This document shows positions 61,672 to 64,000 of a stretch of DNA of 64,000 nucleotides, in pieces. Positions within the stretch are counted from its first letter, which is position 1. Each line of letters begins with the position of its first letter. Position numbers and translations under genes: made by a program. The notes under the pieces were generated by a model, which had not been told where the DNA came from, searched no databases, and saw only the letters and a program-made list of their open reading frames with translations. This stretch comes from Squalus acanthias (taxonomy: Eukaryota), in the NCBI GenBank assembly GCA_030390025.1, contig CM059433.1:7690001-7754000 (forward strand), in the 5' to 3' direction.

Positions 61672-64000
61672 GGGGCTAGAAATTCGTTATAGCCAAGGAG
61701 TGGGCGGTGTCAGTAGAAACGTTGGAGAATTAGCGCCAGGCGCAAATGCTTTAGACTGCATGCAAAATTCGTCCTCACTGCTCAATAAAATGATTGGAGA
61801 CCTAAATCAAGTCTTAAAACCCAAGCTCATTGGCGTTACACCTCAAAGGGTGGACCAATATCGGGGGCAGTCTAATCGCAACTCATCATTGCCACAGGTT
61901 TTTTTCACTTCTTCAAAGGGAGGTTCATTGATGCTGCAGCACCTCATTCTCAGCATTGCTGGCTGTACAGCTGCCTCAGCAAGCAGAAGCAGAACAAGGA
62001 GAAGGAGCCGGAGGACTGAACCAGGTGTGGTCATGGCAGATCCACCCCCCAGAGAGAGAGCCCGAGAGCCCGCAGATTCTCCGATGAAGCATTAGAGGCA
62101 TTCGTTTTCGCTGTGGAAAGACGGAGCATGGTGCTCTACCCGGCAATGGCAGGAGGCACTCGCCACAAGTCTTCCGCACCATGTGGAAGGAGGTAGCGCA
62201 GCACATCTCGGGCAGCACTGTGGTCCCCAGGACCCACACAGTACAGGAAGAAATTTAATGACCTCACTCAGGTAGTCCGGGTGAGTGAATGCTTCAACAA
62301 ATGCTACATACCACCATCTGTACCACAATCTTCACACACTGCCCAAAGCACCACACCCCCAGCACTTACCCACCAACAATCTCTACCTACCAACACTCAC
62401 GCCCACATCTCACACCTTGCACACAATGACAGCTATTCAACTATGGCAGGCACATCACCCAAGCACATTGCTCCACACTCACTCACACACTTTCCTTTCT
62501 CTTGCAGGCCAAGGTGGCTCACAAGAAGAGGGAGCAGGAGTGCACAGGCGGGGGACAAGCTGACACCCAACCACTGCCTGCACTGGAGAATCGAATTGGG
62601 CGCCAGGTGGTGGGCGCCGTGGCCACTGGTGACGTTGACCCCCCTTGGGGAAAACAACGGTATGTTCATCCCTACTCCTTCTTCTCACATCTCACTTCCC
62701 CCTCACCCCACAAGCGTTTTGCAATTTCCAGCTAATCATGCTGTATACATGCATTTCTCCCTTCCTGCCCCCCTCCCCTCACCTTAACCCGACTCTTGTG
62801 CCTTTATGCTTTCAGATAATCAGCAAGCACCTGAGCAGCCTGTCCCTGAGGGCACCGTAGAGAGCGAGGCAGGAGAAGAGGAGGAGGAAGAACACACTGC
62901 GTCCCTGCATGTCTCACCTGCAGGCACCAGCTCAGATACTGGCACTATGCATTCTTTAGAGGCTAGTATAGTAGCGGGATCTGCACAGGGTGAGGCACCG
63001 GGGACGAGCGGGCTGCAGCAAGGCCAGGGGGAAAGGGTAGCTCGGGGACCAACTCCCCGAACGATGAGTTTGCGTGTGAGTTCTGCTGCACAGGACTCAG
63101 ATGAGATCCTCGATGGGGAGGCCTTTAGAAGAAGGGTGATGGGCATGCACACGGAGATGATGGGTGCAATGGCAAGGGTGCCCAAGAGCCTCTCGGCAAT
63201 GATAAGGAGTGTGGAGGAGTCCACCTCCAACATTGCACAAGGCTCTGCGCACACCGTGGAGCCCATCCTTGGCAGTCTGCGAAGGATGGTAGACTCCCAG
63301 AGACCGTGGTGACCCAGACATGATGCCGCGTGTGATGGGCAATCTGGCAGCTTCCATTGCAGCACAGGTGGAAGCGACGCAACATCTTAGTGTTGTAATG
63401 GAGTCTATGCTTGGTGGCATCCAATCTCATACTGCTCTCATGCAGTCTCAGCTTGATGCCACGCAAGCTCTGACTGCTGCCATCGTGGCTGGGTCTACCA
63501 CCGTCGACTGGGGCTTTCACGGTGTCGCAGCAGGCCAGCAATCTGTGCTCCAACAGATTGCTAGGGGTGCTGAGATGCTGCCCCAGGGGAGTGGCAGTGG
63601 GTCAGTGGAACAGGAACACCTGATGCCCTCTCTCAGGATGACAGCATTCCTGCTCCCACCACTGCCACTCCGCCATTGCCCTTGTTGCTGCCTGTCATCC
63701 AGCCAGGCCAGACTGCTGCTGCCCATGCTGAGGTGGTGCAGTCTACAGCCGGGCCTTCCAGGTCCAGAGCTGGTCGAGGGCGTCCTGCAAGGCCATCTGA
63801 AGTCTCCTGCACGGACACTCAGCAGCCTTCCACCATCCCTGCTGCAGCCACTGGGCCAACACTTCATAGGAGCACTTGAATAGGCAAAGGCACAGTAATG
63901 AGAGGCACTAAGGGATTGCACAAGGGTGAATAGTTAATAATTTTGGTGTAAATATGTGTTCACTGATTTTTGATAAATTTATTAATTCAGTTTGGATTCT
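61672..64000 (+). mobile_element. PIF/Harbinger element with a three-exon Myb/SANT gene (62033-62280, 62508-62659, 62816 to about 63880), frameshifted; runs past the window end
   Basis: TIR GGGGCTAGAAATTCG; RFSDEALE..MWKEVAQ..RKKFNDL; AKVAHKKREQECTGGG; canonical GT-AG introns. Confidence 0.85.

Noticed and set aside
14300..64000. GREB1, the divergent neighbour of E2F6 in mammals
   Set aside because: I found no sequence matching the recalled GREB1 start (MGNSYAGQLK); it may lie beyond the window.

Overview
Vertebrate genomic DNA, almost certainly from a shark or other elasmobranch: it carries an HE1/V-SINE, SacSINE1/DeuSINE-type SINEs and dense CR1 and L2 LINEs. The one clearly recognisable host gene is E2F6 on the minus strand, with its DNA-binding-domain exon at 752-956, a probable first coding exon at 13753-13795 and a CpG-island promoter at about 13.85-14.21 kb. 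Most of the rest is nested transposon debris: CR1, L2, RTE and Tx1 LINEs, Penelope terminal repeats carrying minimal hammerhead ribozymes, PIF/Harbinger elements with an intron-containing Myb/SANT gene plus their MITEs, hAT MITEs and solo LTRs. Three less expected signals stand out: an orphan, frameshifted CHTOP exon with its splice sites; a chain of phase-compatible plus-strand exons (about 24.7-45 kb) that looks like a decayed, unidentified multi-exon gene divergent from E2F6; and a two-tailed CR1 structure enclosing a captured CpG-rich fragment. Family names come from recalled motifs, not database searches, and repeat boundaries are approximate unless a TSD is quoted.
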